64,000 bases of DNA from Octopus sinensis (lineage: Eukaryota), in NCBI RefSeq assembly GCF_006345805.1, contig NC_043013.1, forward strand, positions 29,574,001 to 29,638,000. Reading direction: 5' to 3'. Of the stretch, positions 27,000-39,235 are shown piece by piece. Under the pieces are notes generated by a model, which saw only the letters and a program-made list of their open reading frames with translations, was not told where the DNA came from and made no database searches. Both the position numbers and the translations under genes were made by a program. Position 1 is the stretch's first letter. The number at the start of each line of letters is the position of its first letter.

Positions 27000-27083
27000 C
27001 TTTTTGTCCCATATCTGAAGCGGTTTACTGCCAACACTGTATAATATCGACAAAAACCCACTCTGGAAGGTATTTTTAAACAT
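27000..27083 (-). CDS. CFAP20: CFAP20/BUG22 coding exon 1 ([28 protein letters not shown])
   Basis: Near-identical to the N-terminus of human CFAP20 as I recall it; ATG at 27083; 84 nt ending AAG|GTGAGT. Confidence 0.97.
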
Positions 27084-27254
27084 TGTGAAATATAAATATA
27101 CGGGCAATTGGCCAACGCACAGAATCCGAATATATAAATATATATATATATATTAGTAATTTATTTTAAAAAAGGCTAAGCACACTTGAGAAGTTAAAGT
27201 TTAGTTCCTAAATAAACATGTCACTCTTGTTATTTCCGACCAAGCACAAACTTT

Positions 27255-27267
27255 GTTGCTAAGGAAC
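27255..27267. promoter_or_regulatory. X-box-like motif (GTTGCTAAGGAAC) proximal to CFAP20
   Basis: 13-bp RFX-like imperfect palindrome about 170 bp upstream of the ATG. Confidence 0.55.
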
Positions 27268-27519
27268 TTTCTCCGCGTTCGCTTCGAAGGGAAATGAATA
27301 GACCTCCCCCACTCTTTCTCCTTCTCGTCTTCCCTCATTAAGTAGCGACTTATAATTTTAATAGAACATGGATGTTGTCAACACATATGCGTATATATAG
27401 ACGAGTAAAATTAAAAGTTAATCAGCAGAGCCTACGATATGGAAAGGGAAGTCAATGTAACGGATTATATTTTCGTAAGTTGTCGCATAGAGTGTTCCGG
27501 TCTGGCGCATTGATACCAA

Positions 27520-27533
27520 GTTGCCGCGGTAAC
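27520..27533. promoter_or_regulatory. RFX X-box (GTTGCCGCGGTAAC) upstream of CFAP20
   Basis: Fits the GTTGCC-N2-GGYAAC consensus; 437 bp upstream of the CFAP20 ATG; RFX control of ciliary genes is established. Confidence 0.7.
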
Positions 27534-27632
27534 AGAGAATAACAACATGAGGTCTTAAACAGAGATGAATAAATAAATAAATAAATAAATACGTAAATTG
27601 TGTGTATGCGTAGTATGTATGTGTATGTGTGA

Positions 27633-27674
<42 letters not shown>

Positions 27675-27898
27675 TTATGAAGTAAATTAACATTTCTTTC
27701 GTTGTAATAAATATTTCTGAGTTACAAATAAGATTATGGATGACAGGGTGGAGAGTGGTTAATATACAATGTTCAAAGAACGAAAAAATCTCATATTTTT
27801 GGCAAAAAAAATGTGTATTTATGTGATAGTCATGTTTTTTTTTTCCTCAAGAGCATTAGGGGCTGAGGCTGGTTTTTAATTTTTTTAATATATAGATA

Positions 27899-28308
27899 GG
27901 CGCAGGAGTGGCTGTGTGGTAAGTAGCTTGCCAACCAACCACATGGTTCTGGGCTCAGTCCCACTGCGTGGCATCTTGGGCAAGTGCCTTCTGCTATAGC
28001 CTCGGGCCGACCAAAGCCTTGTGAGTGGATTTGGTAGACGGAAACTGAAAGAAGCCTGTCGTATATATGTATATATATATGTATGTGTGTGTATATGTTT
28101 GTGTGTCTGTGTTTGTCCCTCTAGCATTGCTTGACAACCGATGCTGGTGTATTTACGTCCCCGTTACTTAGCGGTTCGGCAAAAGAGACCGATAGAATAA
28201 GTACTGGGCTTACAAAGAATAAGTCCCGGGGTCGATTTGCTCGACTAAAGGCGGTGCTCCAGCATGGCAGCTGTCAAATGACTGAAACAAGTAAAAGAGA
28301 GTAAAGAG
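27899..28308 (+). mobile_element. SINE A, full length, between CFAP20 and B9D1
   Basis: Close match to the 5416-5800 copy. Confidence 0.9.
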
Positions 28309-28429
28309 TATATGAATTTATTGTCAGAGTATACTTAATTACATACATAATCCACATAAAAATATAAATTCAAAACAGAAGAAAATATAATCATGAAAAG
28401 GAAAAAACACCAATTCAATAGTAAGTGCA

Positions 28430-29030
28430 TTAATTTTGGCTTACCGGAACTTATTGAAGCAAGCCAACACGCTCGAGGTATTACCGATGACGATGGCGTT
28501 GGAACAGTCAAGCACCCGCACGGGCATCGCATGACACCTCGGTAAGGCGGGCCGCCAACGATGACAAGAGCTTCGCTGTCAGCGGCCCAGCCCCTCCGAA
28601 CGTCTCAAACGCCATAGGCTAGAAGAAAGGGTTCTCCGACAAGTCCCGATACTTCAGAATTTTGTTCCGTTCGGCTACGGAAATAGTGACTTTCCCATTT
28701 ACCACAGCATCCAGGATGTGGGAAGGAGTTAAGATGTCACTGACTGTGACATCCCAGATGAGGCATCTTACTCTAACTCAGGGATAAAGGGTAAGACTAT
28801 CTTGTCTCTTCCCATCACTTCTGGATAATCTCGTTGGCTCCAGAACTGAGGGAATATTAACCCGAGCCTGGCCCCTCTTAATGATTAGGCTTAGTTTAGT
28901 GTGACGAGCAAAACGATCAGCATTTAGGTGGCAGGACAAACCATGAAGGCCTGTGGGGTCGAGGGGCGGAACATAGTGACATCTCAGTCCCCCACAGATA
29001 TCGGCCCTCACTCTGAGTACAATGGAGATG
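28430..29030 (-). mobile_element. CRE-clade non-LTR retrotransposon C-terminal (restriction-like endonuclease) relic
   Basis: LDPTGLHGLSC..RH..IIKR..IPSVLEP..L.RSDGKRQD..WDVTV..AERNKILKY..AFETFGG..GNTSSVL, with stops; clade assignment is from recalled motifs. Confidence 0.75.
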
Positions 29031-29049
29031 CAGAGTTCATCCAGACTAA

Positions 29050-29270
29050 GTAACCTATTTCTTTACTACCCACAAGGGGCTAAACGCAGAAGGGACAAAC
29101 GGATTAAGTCGATTATATCGACCCCAGTGCGTAACTGGTACTTATTTAATCGACCCCGAAAGGATGAAAGGCAAAGTCGACCTCGGCGGAATTTGAACTC
29201 AGAACGTAACGGCAGACGAAATACCACTAGGCATTTCGCCCGGCGTGCTAACGTTTCTGCCAGCTCGCCA
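29050..29270 (-). mobile_element. SINE B
   Basis: Homologous to the 13738-13965 copy. Confidence 0.85.
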
Positions 29271-30088
29271 AACCGTCAACGTAGGCCACAGGCAGGACAT
29301 CAACCCATTCCCCTGTGAATTTCGGACTAGCAGAAAATAGGCAACACCTGAGAGGAGACAGACGATATTCCCCTTCTTTTCAGTCAGAGAAGAAGCTTAT
29401 AAAATCTAAACTCCACCACAATCCTTCATCCTATCTTCAGCTTCTCGGACTTTAGCTTATCTCTAGTTCCTTAAATTCATTTCTATCACTGTTTGTCAAC
29501 TTGACTTGCTAGAAATAGCAAAACATTTCTCTAAATGCATACTCTATTGTCTTGTGGCGTAGACTCTACATATACGTACATTCGAACATAGCAGGTAACA
29601 GCTAGCCTTAGGCCACTGTTTGTATCCCGTTGTGTCCACTACTTCGCGATTGGTTGGTATTAGCACAATTTGTCTCCTCTATTGTACCAAATGATCGCGG
29701 ATAACCAGTCAGAGACTTTAGATAGCATCATGTGAACAACCTTTATCGAACCCTTTTCGAGCATACTGCTCCCTGTAAAAACCCAACTTTTTCCACACTA
29801 TTCGTCTTTGGTTTCAGACCTTTTAAAGTCTAGCCACTGACCACACAAGACGCAACCAGCTCCAATGACAACACCACAGCAGCCACGTTGAGACTTATCA
29901 ACTTCGTCCAACAGCATTCGGTAAGCCCCGTCTCCGTCGCCACCATCGTCCTAACGTCAACATCTCTACGTACACAACTCAACTAGCAACTCGGCCAGGT
30001 CCCAACACTTCACTGTTCGTGAATTACTTCACCATGGATCAACAGCGAAAACAGAACTTCCAAGAACTCCTCTACTAAGTGACCCAGG

Positions 30089-30240
30089 CAGCATCATCAC
30101 AGCCACAGTTTCACGTACGGCATGTATCTCCAACAGGCTCAGCATCACAGCCACAACTTCACGTACGACATGTACCTCCAACCGGCTCAGCATCATAGCC
30201 ATGACTTCAAACACATCACGTACCTGTAACCGGCTCTGCA
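30089..30240. repeat. Imperfect tandem repeat of about 48-51 bp, 3 copies
   Basis: CAGCATCA..AGCCA units start at 30089, 30140 and 30188. Confidence 0.75.
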
Positions 30241-32539
30241 ACTTCTTGATACAGTATTTTAACCATCATGTACAATTGATTACGAACTGGTATTCTCATT
30301 CTTGTGTCTATCATTATACCTGTGTTTGGGAGACAGGCTGGCAGAATCGTTAGCACACCGAATAAAATACTTAGCGGTATTTCGTCCGTCTTTATAATTT
30401 GAGTTCAAATTCCGCCGAGGTCGACTTTGCTTTTCATCTCTTCGGGGTCGATAAAATAAGTACCAGTTGAGGTCGATGTAAACGATTGCTCCCTACCCCC
30501 AAAATTTCAGGCTTTGTGTCTAAAGTAGAAAGACTCATTGTTTCTGTGCTTCCTTTGATACCAAGATTTATAAAATCGACCTTGTTTGTCAAAAATTTTG
30601 GACTTGGGTTTGCAGTCCTTAAGTAGGCGACCCTTATTACAGTTAATAATCCCAATGAATACTTTTGAGATGAGGTACTTTGCACAGACCTTCTTTCTCA
30701 GAATCTCAATCCTTGGGAATTCTCTTCCTACCTGAAGACATCGACGTGTAAATGGTCAAGCTAAACATAAACAATATGAAGCTCTCCGCCTCATGGCCTG
30801 CGAAGTTCTATGGCATTTTTACCTTTTCCTGCTATACTATTGAGAAGAATAAGAATTTGGCAGTTACGGAGTTGGAGCAAATGTTTTTAATGCAAACGTT
30901 TTCATTTATTTTTTTTAGATAAAAATAGCTTCCAGCAAGGCTGCAAATAAGCAGTTATAAAACAGGCTTCGAACAATCAATTGGTTTCTTTGCAGAAATC
31001 AAAGAAAAAGTGGAATATCTTGTAAGAAACTGTTCTAAAAAGTAACTCAAGATTTAGAAAAAATCAGAATTACATTCATATATATCAGAGAGACAAAAAT
31101 AAATAAGGAAAAAAAGAAAAAAGAAGAAAAGACTCCCATAAGACATATTCAAGGGGGAAAATCGACTAGAACAGAAACACTTCTTACGAGAGGAGACGGC
31201 AACAGTGAAAAGGATGAAAGAAAAATCACACGATTAGTAACTTTAATAGGAGGAGCAAGAGAAGAAAATTCGAAAGACAATAATGGTGGAGATATTTATA
31301 GAAAAGAAATTAAGAAGCAATGTCCATGTTGTGAGAAAAAAAAATTCTATTAATATGAGGTTAGATCTTATCCCGTTATTGAAACTTAAATTTTAAAAAG
31401 GGCAGTTTCTTGCCATTAGATAATTAGACAATGTCAGTTGGAGCACAGAGTAAAAAAAGTCATAATGTGTATACACTTTTGAACGATCATTATGCCCATG
31501 AGCTAAATCATCTCGTGATGAGTGAATGATATAGTCTGGTAATTACTTCAATTTGCTAAGAGCTTTTAGTGAGAGTGGTCGCTAATGAATGTGTTCGTGA
31601 TAAAGCCCATTAAATGCGCTTTTGAGAAGCAAGTGTAAATAAATATCAGAAGGCAGTTTTTAAAAGAAAACATTGGAATTTTATTAAGCTAGGAACGAGA
31701 GCTGACAAGTAGCCAGAGGTGTAGCCTGTCTGTGTATGTAAATCAGGTAAAGCTTACTTTTGAACCAAATGATTCTTTTGGAAGCCGTTGTAAGGTAATA
31801 GGAACGAAGCTAGCTTAAACGAAAATATACAGTTCATTATGAGGCAGAGTTGCGGCTGATGTCATCCAAACTTTCGAGGAGCGAATTTGGCATACATGAA
31901 CTAGGCTGTTCAGGAAGTGACAAGTCAAGAGCCGATATCATTCCAAATTGGTTGCACGAAGTTGGAGCTGAAAAAACAAAAACTGTATCATGTTGAAAGA
32001 ACTGTTGCTGTTGTGCTGTCTTTTCTCCCGCTGCTTAAAAACTCTCGCGTCTCTGTTTGGGCAGAAAACTGCCTTCTTTTATTCCTACGCGTCCAGCCCT
32101 GATTAGCTGGAGTATGTCAAAGTACAACTGTGCTATGCTACGGCAACACAAGTAGTTTTCCTGACTCACTACAAGCTTATGTCTTGTTTTTAAATACTAG
32201 CCACTATCTGTTTAAAACACATCAGGTACAAAAGCTTTATATTATACAGGAAGCATCATATTGTTATGCTGATATATATCCCAATAAATGAAAAAGGGGT
32301 AAAATGTAGAACCCGAATGGTAATGACTGGTCAATAGAAAAGTTCTTTGAGGAAAAGTCTAAGAAATTCAATTGTGTTAACAACTGTAAACTATAATATT
32401 TTGGGTCCTTATCCTTCGTCAGAGAGTTAGGAAGTTTTGAGAATATGGTGTTGTCGCTTAATTTTAAAAAAATATTTATCAAGGGCTAATTCCCCATAGG
32501 AGGGGTAGCCACAACAAGACATACATCAGGCATTCTATT

Positions 32540-33060
32540 CATTTCCCAACTCAAAGAGGCGAGTCCCGTCCTATGCTCGGGTCAAGGCATAGAAAGCAAA
32601 CGCCCGATATCAGCAGCGGGTTCCGACAGCATATTCTGATTTACCCTCGCTGCATCATGCTGGTTCCATATCCCTTTGAGCAATATCAATTCACTCATCC
32701 GTCTACAAACACTCTCCAAGCTTTCCTATCATTCATAAACTCTCTCACTCCTACACCTCTAACCACCAAAGCTTTCCTCACTCCATCCATCCATCCACAC
32801 AAACCGTGATCTGCCTCTGTTTCTACTGCCCACTTCTGCCTTCATCACTCTCCTTACCATCTGCTCCTTATCCATCCTCTCCATGTGGCCAAACCACCTC
32901 AACATACGTCTATCCATTTTGGTACATAGATTTTCTTTCATTCCTGCTCACCTTCGCACCTCCTCATTCCTCATCCTGTCCATCCCTGTCACACTAACCA
33001 TAACCCTCAAACATCTCATCTCAAACACATCTGGTCACCCCCTTTCTGTCTCTCTCAGAC
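32540..33060 (-). mobile_element. RTE-clade LINE 3' fragment
   Basis: FEMRCLR...DRMRNEEVRRR...RMLRWFGHMERM...RGRSRFVWMDG. Confidence 0.8.
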
Positions 33061-34551
33061 CCCCACGCTTAGTAGTATTCATAATTTAACATCCTACAGC
33101 TGAACGGAATATCCTTTTTCTATTTTCGTTCAGGTCAATGAACGACTCTTAATGCCATTCTTGACAGGTGCTCGTCACTGTAATCGGTTTTGTGCAGTTC
33201 TCAATGGTTGGCGTATAGGTTGGTTGTCCATTAACTCTTTCACAGCATCACTCCACAACAGACGACGTGTTCTTCCAGGACACCTTCCAGGGTTAAAAAT
33301 CAATGGCGTGACTAATAGGGGAGCAAGGGGGGGGGGGTGACCATTCCCCGCGAGGACGTTTTTCAAAATTGGCGCCTTTTATAAAATGTATAACCAATGA
33401 GTCAAAATCGTTTTGCATGAATTACGGCACCTTTTTTTTTTATATTTGCTCGGCTCCCCTGCCTTTAGAACTGGCTACGGCCCTAGTTAGAATTATATGA
33501 ATCAGTCCTACTGAGGCAGTCGAATTCCTTTGCACAGTGTTTAGTAGCCTGGGACGTTTGCCCTCTTAGTCCAAGATATATTCTTTTACATATTTCAGTC
33601 ATTCGAGTACGGCCATGCTGGAGCACGGCCTTAAAGGGTTTTAGTTGAAGAAATCGACCCCAGGACTTATTCTTTGTAAGCTTAGCACTTATTCTATAGG
33701 ACTCTTTTGCAGAACCGCTTAGTTACGGGGACGTAAACGCACCAACATCGGTTGACAAGCAAGGGGGCAAACACAGACACAAAGATACACACACACACAC
33801 GCGCGCGCGCGCATATATGACTATATATACATATACAACGAACTTCTTTCAGTCTCCGTATACCAAATCCACTCACAAGGCGTTGGTCAGCTCAAGGTGC
33901 ACGCAAGGAGATTGAACCCGGAACCATGTGGTTGGGAAGCAGGCGTCTTACCAGACAGACACGGACATCCATAAGCTCTGCAGCACATGGCGCCAGCACA
34001 ACAGTTCAAAGCTGCAAACTTTATTCCAGTGCTCGACAACTGCTGTGCAGTGCAATTTAGAAGACCAGTGAAGACTGGGGTAACATTAAAAAACAAAAGC
34101 AAAAAAAAAAAAAAACTACGTATATTTAAAATTTTGCTTTGGAAAAGGCTTCCTCACCTCTTATTTGAAGTGCGTGGTGAAAAAGAAATAAGTGGAAAAA
34201 TCCCGTCGTAAATGGACAAAATTCAACTTACCTGGGGCAGGTATTCTATCTATCTATCTATCTATCTATCCATCCATCTCTCTCTCTCTCTCTATCTATC
34301 TATTTACCTCTCTATCCCCCCTCCCTCCACCCATTCATCTCTCTCTCTCTCTCTATCTATCAGTTTGTCTGTATATATGCATGTATGTACGTATGCATCT
34401 ATGTATATAAATGTGTGTATGCTTGTGTGTGTGTGCGTGCGTTAATGAACCTATATATATATACACACACACACATACATACATACATACATACATACAT
34501 ACATACATACATACATACATACATACATACATACGTGCATACATACATACA

Positions 34552-34583
<32 letters not shown>

Positions 34584-34799
34584 CACACACATTGTAATGT
34601 TCAGAGAGAGAGAGAGTGAAAGAGAGAGGACACATACACACAAAAGACATATGAGTATAAATCATCTTTTGAACAGGCTTACATAACTTTTACATTAAAT
34701 GCGCACAAACGTCCACACACATTCACACTGATACAGTATGTGAAATAACTTCATACGAAACTACTGCTGTTTGATGGATGTTAAAAGAAACTTAATGCG

Positions 34800-34812
34800 C
34801 TTGCCTAACAAC
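34800..34812. promoter_or_regulatory. X-box-like motif (CTTGCCTAACAAC) just before the B9D1 ATG
   Basis: 11/13 match to GTTGCCTAGCAAC; 5 nt upstream of the start codon. Confidence 0.45.
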
Positions 34813-34817
34813 ACAAC

Positions 34818-34874
34818 ATGGCGTCTAGTAGCGTGTTTTTATTGAACATCAATGGACAAATTGAAAGCGGCGAA
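34818..34874 (+). CDS. B9D1: B9D1 (MKSR1) coding exon 1 (MASSSVFLLNINGQIESGE); downstream exons not recognised in the window
   Basis: CAACATGGCG start context; 57 nt followed by GTAAGT; matches the B9D1 N-terminus (human SPSVFLLMVNGQVESAQ) with a phase-0 intron at the equivalent position. Confidence 0.85.
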
Positions 34875-35779
34875 GTAAGTCAGATTTATATTTAAAGTTT
34901 TCGTATCTCTTACTTTTAAAATATCATTTACTTAATGTCTATAATAGAAAGCGTCTTGTGTGATGTGTTATTACCTCCGTTCATTGTTCCACAACTATTT
35001 GTTGCTAGAGTCGAGGAGGGAGTTTTTGATTACGTGATCGCTGGACCCATAAATAGGGAAACGAAATTTGCTTCAGGGATGCAAACCCAATTCTAATATG
35101 TTTTACAAACAAGATCGATTTTGTTCAATCTTAATATAAAAAACAAACCCAATTATAATAATAATTATATTTGTACAGCAATCAAATAAGATAAAATCCA
35201 ATGATGGAAAAGTGACGTTTAAAATCAGCCCTAAAAAGTTTTTACGCTCGTTCACTTTGGCGATCATATTTTTGAGGATGCCGATAGTGTTTTCATTGCC
35301 ACCTCACCCAGCCAAAAATTGTTAGAGGGTGCGCTTGCACTCCCTGCACACACCTGTTCCCAAGCCCATGTCTGGATCTGCAAGAAATAACAGTTAAATC
35401 TTTCTCAAAGCACACTAATCTTTAAAAAAGATGAAGAATATTATTGTTATAGATACACTGTTTGAAGAAAAAGAAAGAAAACTACGTCACTACTATAAGT
35501 AAGGCCTTTGATCAGGCATAGACAACCAATATCGAGAAATGGGCCACACGGCACAGTTCATTGGCAGGCGGGCTGCCCTTTGAAAAAAAAAAAACAAATT
35601 GAAGGTTATTTTTTGTTCAGTGTGCCATTCAGAAAATCCTGTAGGCCACAGGCTGCTTGTGACTGCTTTTGATCACAGACTTGGCCCGGGGTTAAATAAC
35701 AATAGTGATATATTGTTTGATTTTGTTCCCGATCCATGCCTACACTGGCAATTACTGACTTACCACGAACATGCTGCAT

Positions 35780-35927
35780 ATCGCTTCTCAGCCTTTTGGC
35801 TAAGATCAAAGTGCAGAACTGTTCTTATCAGCTTAATATCTGATACGGTTCTTATTTGGGGCCATCGATATTAAACTGATTTTTAGAACAAGGCGAAATG
35901 TTAGGGGCTTGCTCCGCCTTTGCCACG
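35780..35927 (+). pseudogene. U2 snRNA-derived copy, 3'-truncated, with altered branch-point recognition region
   Basis: ATCGCTTCTCAGCCTTTTGGCTAAGATCAAAG...TTCTTATCAGCTTAATATCTGATACG, Sm-like ATTTTTAG and stem III (GGGGCTTGCTCC); GTAGTA replaced by GCAGAA; stem-loop IV absent. Confidence 0.85.
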
Positions 35928-36544
35928 ATTTTCTTCAATAGGTGCCGGAGTGGCTGTGTGGTAAGTAGCTTGCTTACCAACCATATGGTTCCAGGTTCAG
36001 TCCCACTGTATGGCACCTTGGGCAAGTGTCTTCTACTATACCCTTGTAAGTTGATTTGGTAGACGGAAACTGAAAGAAGCCCGTTGTATATATATATATA
36101 TATACTCGGTGCTTTTTACATGGCACTAGTACAGGTATACACACACTTGCAAATGTAAACACACATACACTCCCACACTCTTAGCTCCTCCACTCACTAC
36201 TACTCCCCTTGTACCTTGAGATGCCTACTGAACACTTCGTCACTGCTAGTTATCTCTTTGGAAATACCACAAATTCATTTGCACTTTCTCTCTTCTAAAT
36301 GTGAGTAACCATCTGGCTTCTCTACAACAAGAACCAACTCAATTCCAACATCTTTTCTCATACCTTAAACCCCACCTAACATAAGGATGCAACCCTACCT
36401 CATTGGGTTTTGTAGACCTTCAGGCTACATGGCAACCTCAATAGTGCTAGGGGAATGTAAAAAGAGCACCCTGTCTATACTGTAAAGTGGTTGGTGTTAG
36501 GAAGGGCATCCAGCTAAAAAAACATCCTTAGGCCCTTCAGAAAC

Positions 36545-37415
36545 ATCATCATCATCATCATAATCTTCATTGTTTAGCATCCGCTTTCCATACTAGCATG
36601 GGTTAGACGATTTGACTGAGGACTGGCGAACCAGATGGCTGCACCAGGCTCCAATCTGATCTGGTAGAGTTTCTACAGTTGGATGCCCTTCCTAATGCCA
36701 ACCACTCCGAGAGTGTAGTGGGTGCTTTTACGTGCCCCCAGCACAAGGGCCAGTCAGGTGGTACTGGCAACGGCCACGCTCAAATGGTGTTTTTTATGTG
36801 CCACTTGCACAGGAGCCAGTCCAGCAGCACTGGCAACGACCTCGCTCAAATGTCTTTTCATGTGCCACCGGCATTTTTACGTGCCACTGGCACGGAAGCC
36901 AGACAGCTGCTCTGGCAACGTTCAAACTTGGATGGTGCTCTTAGCGCTCTACTGGCACAGGTGCCAGTCATTGAATTTGATTAGGTTTTGATTTCACTTG
37001 CCTCAACAAGTCTTCGCAAGCAGAGTTTAGTGTCCAATGAAGGAAAGATATGCATCAGTGGGCTGGTTACAGCCCTGGCATAGGGTTTTGGTCTCACTTG
37101 GCTTCTGGATCTTCTCATGCACTGCATATTTCCAAAGGTCTTGGTCACTAGTCATTGTCTCGGTGCGGCCTAATGTTCGAAGGTTGTGCTTTACTACCTT
37201 ATCCCAGGTCTTCCTTGGTCTACCTCTTCCACAAGTTCCCTCAACTACTAGGGTGTGGCCCTTTTTTACACAGCTATCCTCATCCATTCTCACCACATGA
37301 CCATACCAGTGCAGTCGTCTCTCTTACACACCACATCTGATGCTTCTTAGGTCCACCTTTTCTCTCAAGGTACTTACACTCTGTCGAGTATGCACACTGA
37401 CATTACACATCCGCC
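36545..37415 (-). mobile_element. RTE LINE 3' end (ORF C-terminus + 3'UTR with sub-repeats + (ATG)n tail)
   Basis: ERRLHWYGHVVRMDEDS...GRGRPRKTWDKVV; its 3'UTR is the 'family C' repeat also seen at 8.1, 15.1, 21.9, 40.6, 41.4 and 56.0 kb. Confidence 0.85.
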
Positions 37416-37844
37416 ATATATATAGGTGCAAGTGTGGGTGTATGGCTGTAAAGCCCAATCATGAGGTTTTGAATTCAGTCCCACCTTGTGTTGTCTTTGG
37501 CAAGTGTCTCCTACTATAAGCCCTTGACTCACCAAAGCTTTGTGAGTTGATTTCGGTGAATAGAAGCTACATAGGTTATGTGTGTGTATGTACACACAGA
37601 CAAAGACAGACAGACACACACACACACACACATATATGTATATATGTAACTTATGTAATAGGCATGTAAACAGGGTAAATTTAACTCTATTTCTCCATAG
37701 ATTGAAGCAAAATGAACAGCCTCATTCAATTTTTCAAACCTTACTGAATTGTCATCAGAAGTGCCTACATTAATTTGAGCAAATCTCATTGTAATAAGCA
37801 ACTGATCTGTTTATGTACTCAACCAATCCAATAACTACCGAGAA

Positions 37845-39235
37845 CTGTATGACATCATCATCACTGCAATACTAGTTCCCAGTCAAGTATCTTTTCATGT
37901 TGGTGGGCAGATGATAGTCAGGTGGAGCCAAATCAGGAGAATAGGGAGAGTGGTTGACCAGTTCAAAGCCACAGTCATGCACAGCAGCTATTGAAACCAA
38001 GAACTTGTGTGGTGGAGCATTGTCCTAATGGAACAAAACCCTTTTTGTCAGTTTTCCTGGGTGTTTGGTTTTAATAGCATTTCATAACTGCCTCTGCAAG
38101 TTGGCATAGTACTCTCTATTGGTGGTATGGCCCTTTTGAAGATAGTCAATAAACACAATGCCTTTTGCAGCCCCCCCCCCCCCCCAAAAAAAAACTGAAG
38201 CCATTACCTTCTCTGCAGATGGAACATCCATGACCTTCTTTGGAATCGGTGAGGATGGTTGTTTCCACTGCATGGATTGTCTCTTTGTCTTTGTCTCTGG
38301 CTCAAAGCAATGAAACCAACATTTATACTGGGTTAGGAAATATTCAAAGAAACCAGCTGGATATGCATCAAATAATGTCAAATTTTGCCTTGATGTGATC
38401 AGTCTGGTGTGCTTTTGATCACACCATTGAGCAGAAACCTTCATCATGCCAAGTTCATTGTGCAGAATTTTTTCAACTGTCTCATGGAGTATGTTAATAG
38501 CATTGTTTATTTGATTTATGGTCAATCACCTGCCATCCATCACTATGTTTTCCTTGGTGGTGGCAGTTGCAGGATGTCCAGACCTTGTGTCATCTTCAAG
38601 CAGGGCCTTGGGGTTGGAGTCATGGAGTCATAGTCAGAAACAATTAAGGGGTAGCTGGAGTCAGAGTTGGTATCGGTAAAACTACACTGATTCCTACTCA
38701 CAATATCTTTATTCTTTAATATAAACCAGTTATAAGATATAGGCCTTCCCAAAGTACAAGCATATGCATATGCTAAATGAGGTACGTAGACCACAATCAC
38801 TTAAGTACATAAAGAGGAGTCTGAGTCGGAGGTACCAATAGTACAGGAGTTGGAGTCGAAGTTTATTGTTTTGACTCCACAGCCCTGTCTTCAAGATTTT
38901 CCCTTCCTCTCCTAAATTCAGCTGCCCACTCTTGCATTATTGATAAAGCTGGAGTGGTGTAGCAACCACTCCATGAATGTCCTTGGGGGCTAAGCTGTTT
39001 TTTTTTTCTGCAGGTACTTGATAACACTACAATACCGAGTTTTGTCCATTTTCAAGAGAGGTCATGACCAGTTATTTTTGAAGTGTTCTTTGAACAGTCA
39101 GATGTCAGTTTACCTGTAAAGAAACAATGCAGTTATTAAAAAGAAGAGTTGAAATTAATGCATGCAAAATTTCACAGCTCTCACTCACATCACCCCTTCA
39201 TGGTCAGCATATGAACTTTACAGCCCACCCTTGTA
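37845..39235 (-). mobile_element. Near full-length degenerate mariner transposon
   Basis: 5' TIR TACAAGGGTGGGCTGTAAAGTTC; ORF remnants MDK.., EFRRGRENLEDD.RSG.P, EPETK.RQSMQW, KVMASVF, DNAP, YSPDLAP. Confidence 0.9.
38601..38887. mobile_element. hAT-type MITE (287 bp) inserted into the mariner ORF
   Basis: Perfect 8-bp TSD TCTTCAAG at 38593-38600 and 38888-38895; CAGGGC..GGAGTC / GACTCCACAGCCCTG termini. Confidence 0.85.

Noticed and set aside
30540-30750. Open minus-strand frame (VGREFPRIEILRKKVCAKY...IFDKQGRFYK)
   Set aside because: No recognisable homology or flanking gene structure; possibly a decayed LINE endonuclease
32264-32482. Possible Penelope RT N-terminal remnant (LSDNTIFSKL..KDP..FYILP); a similar weak hint at 44074-44373
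   Set aside because: The motif resemblance is too weak to call without a profile search
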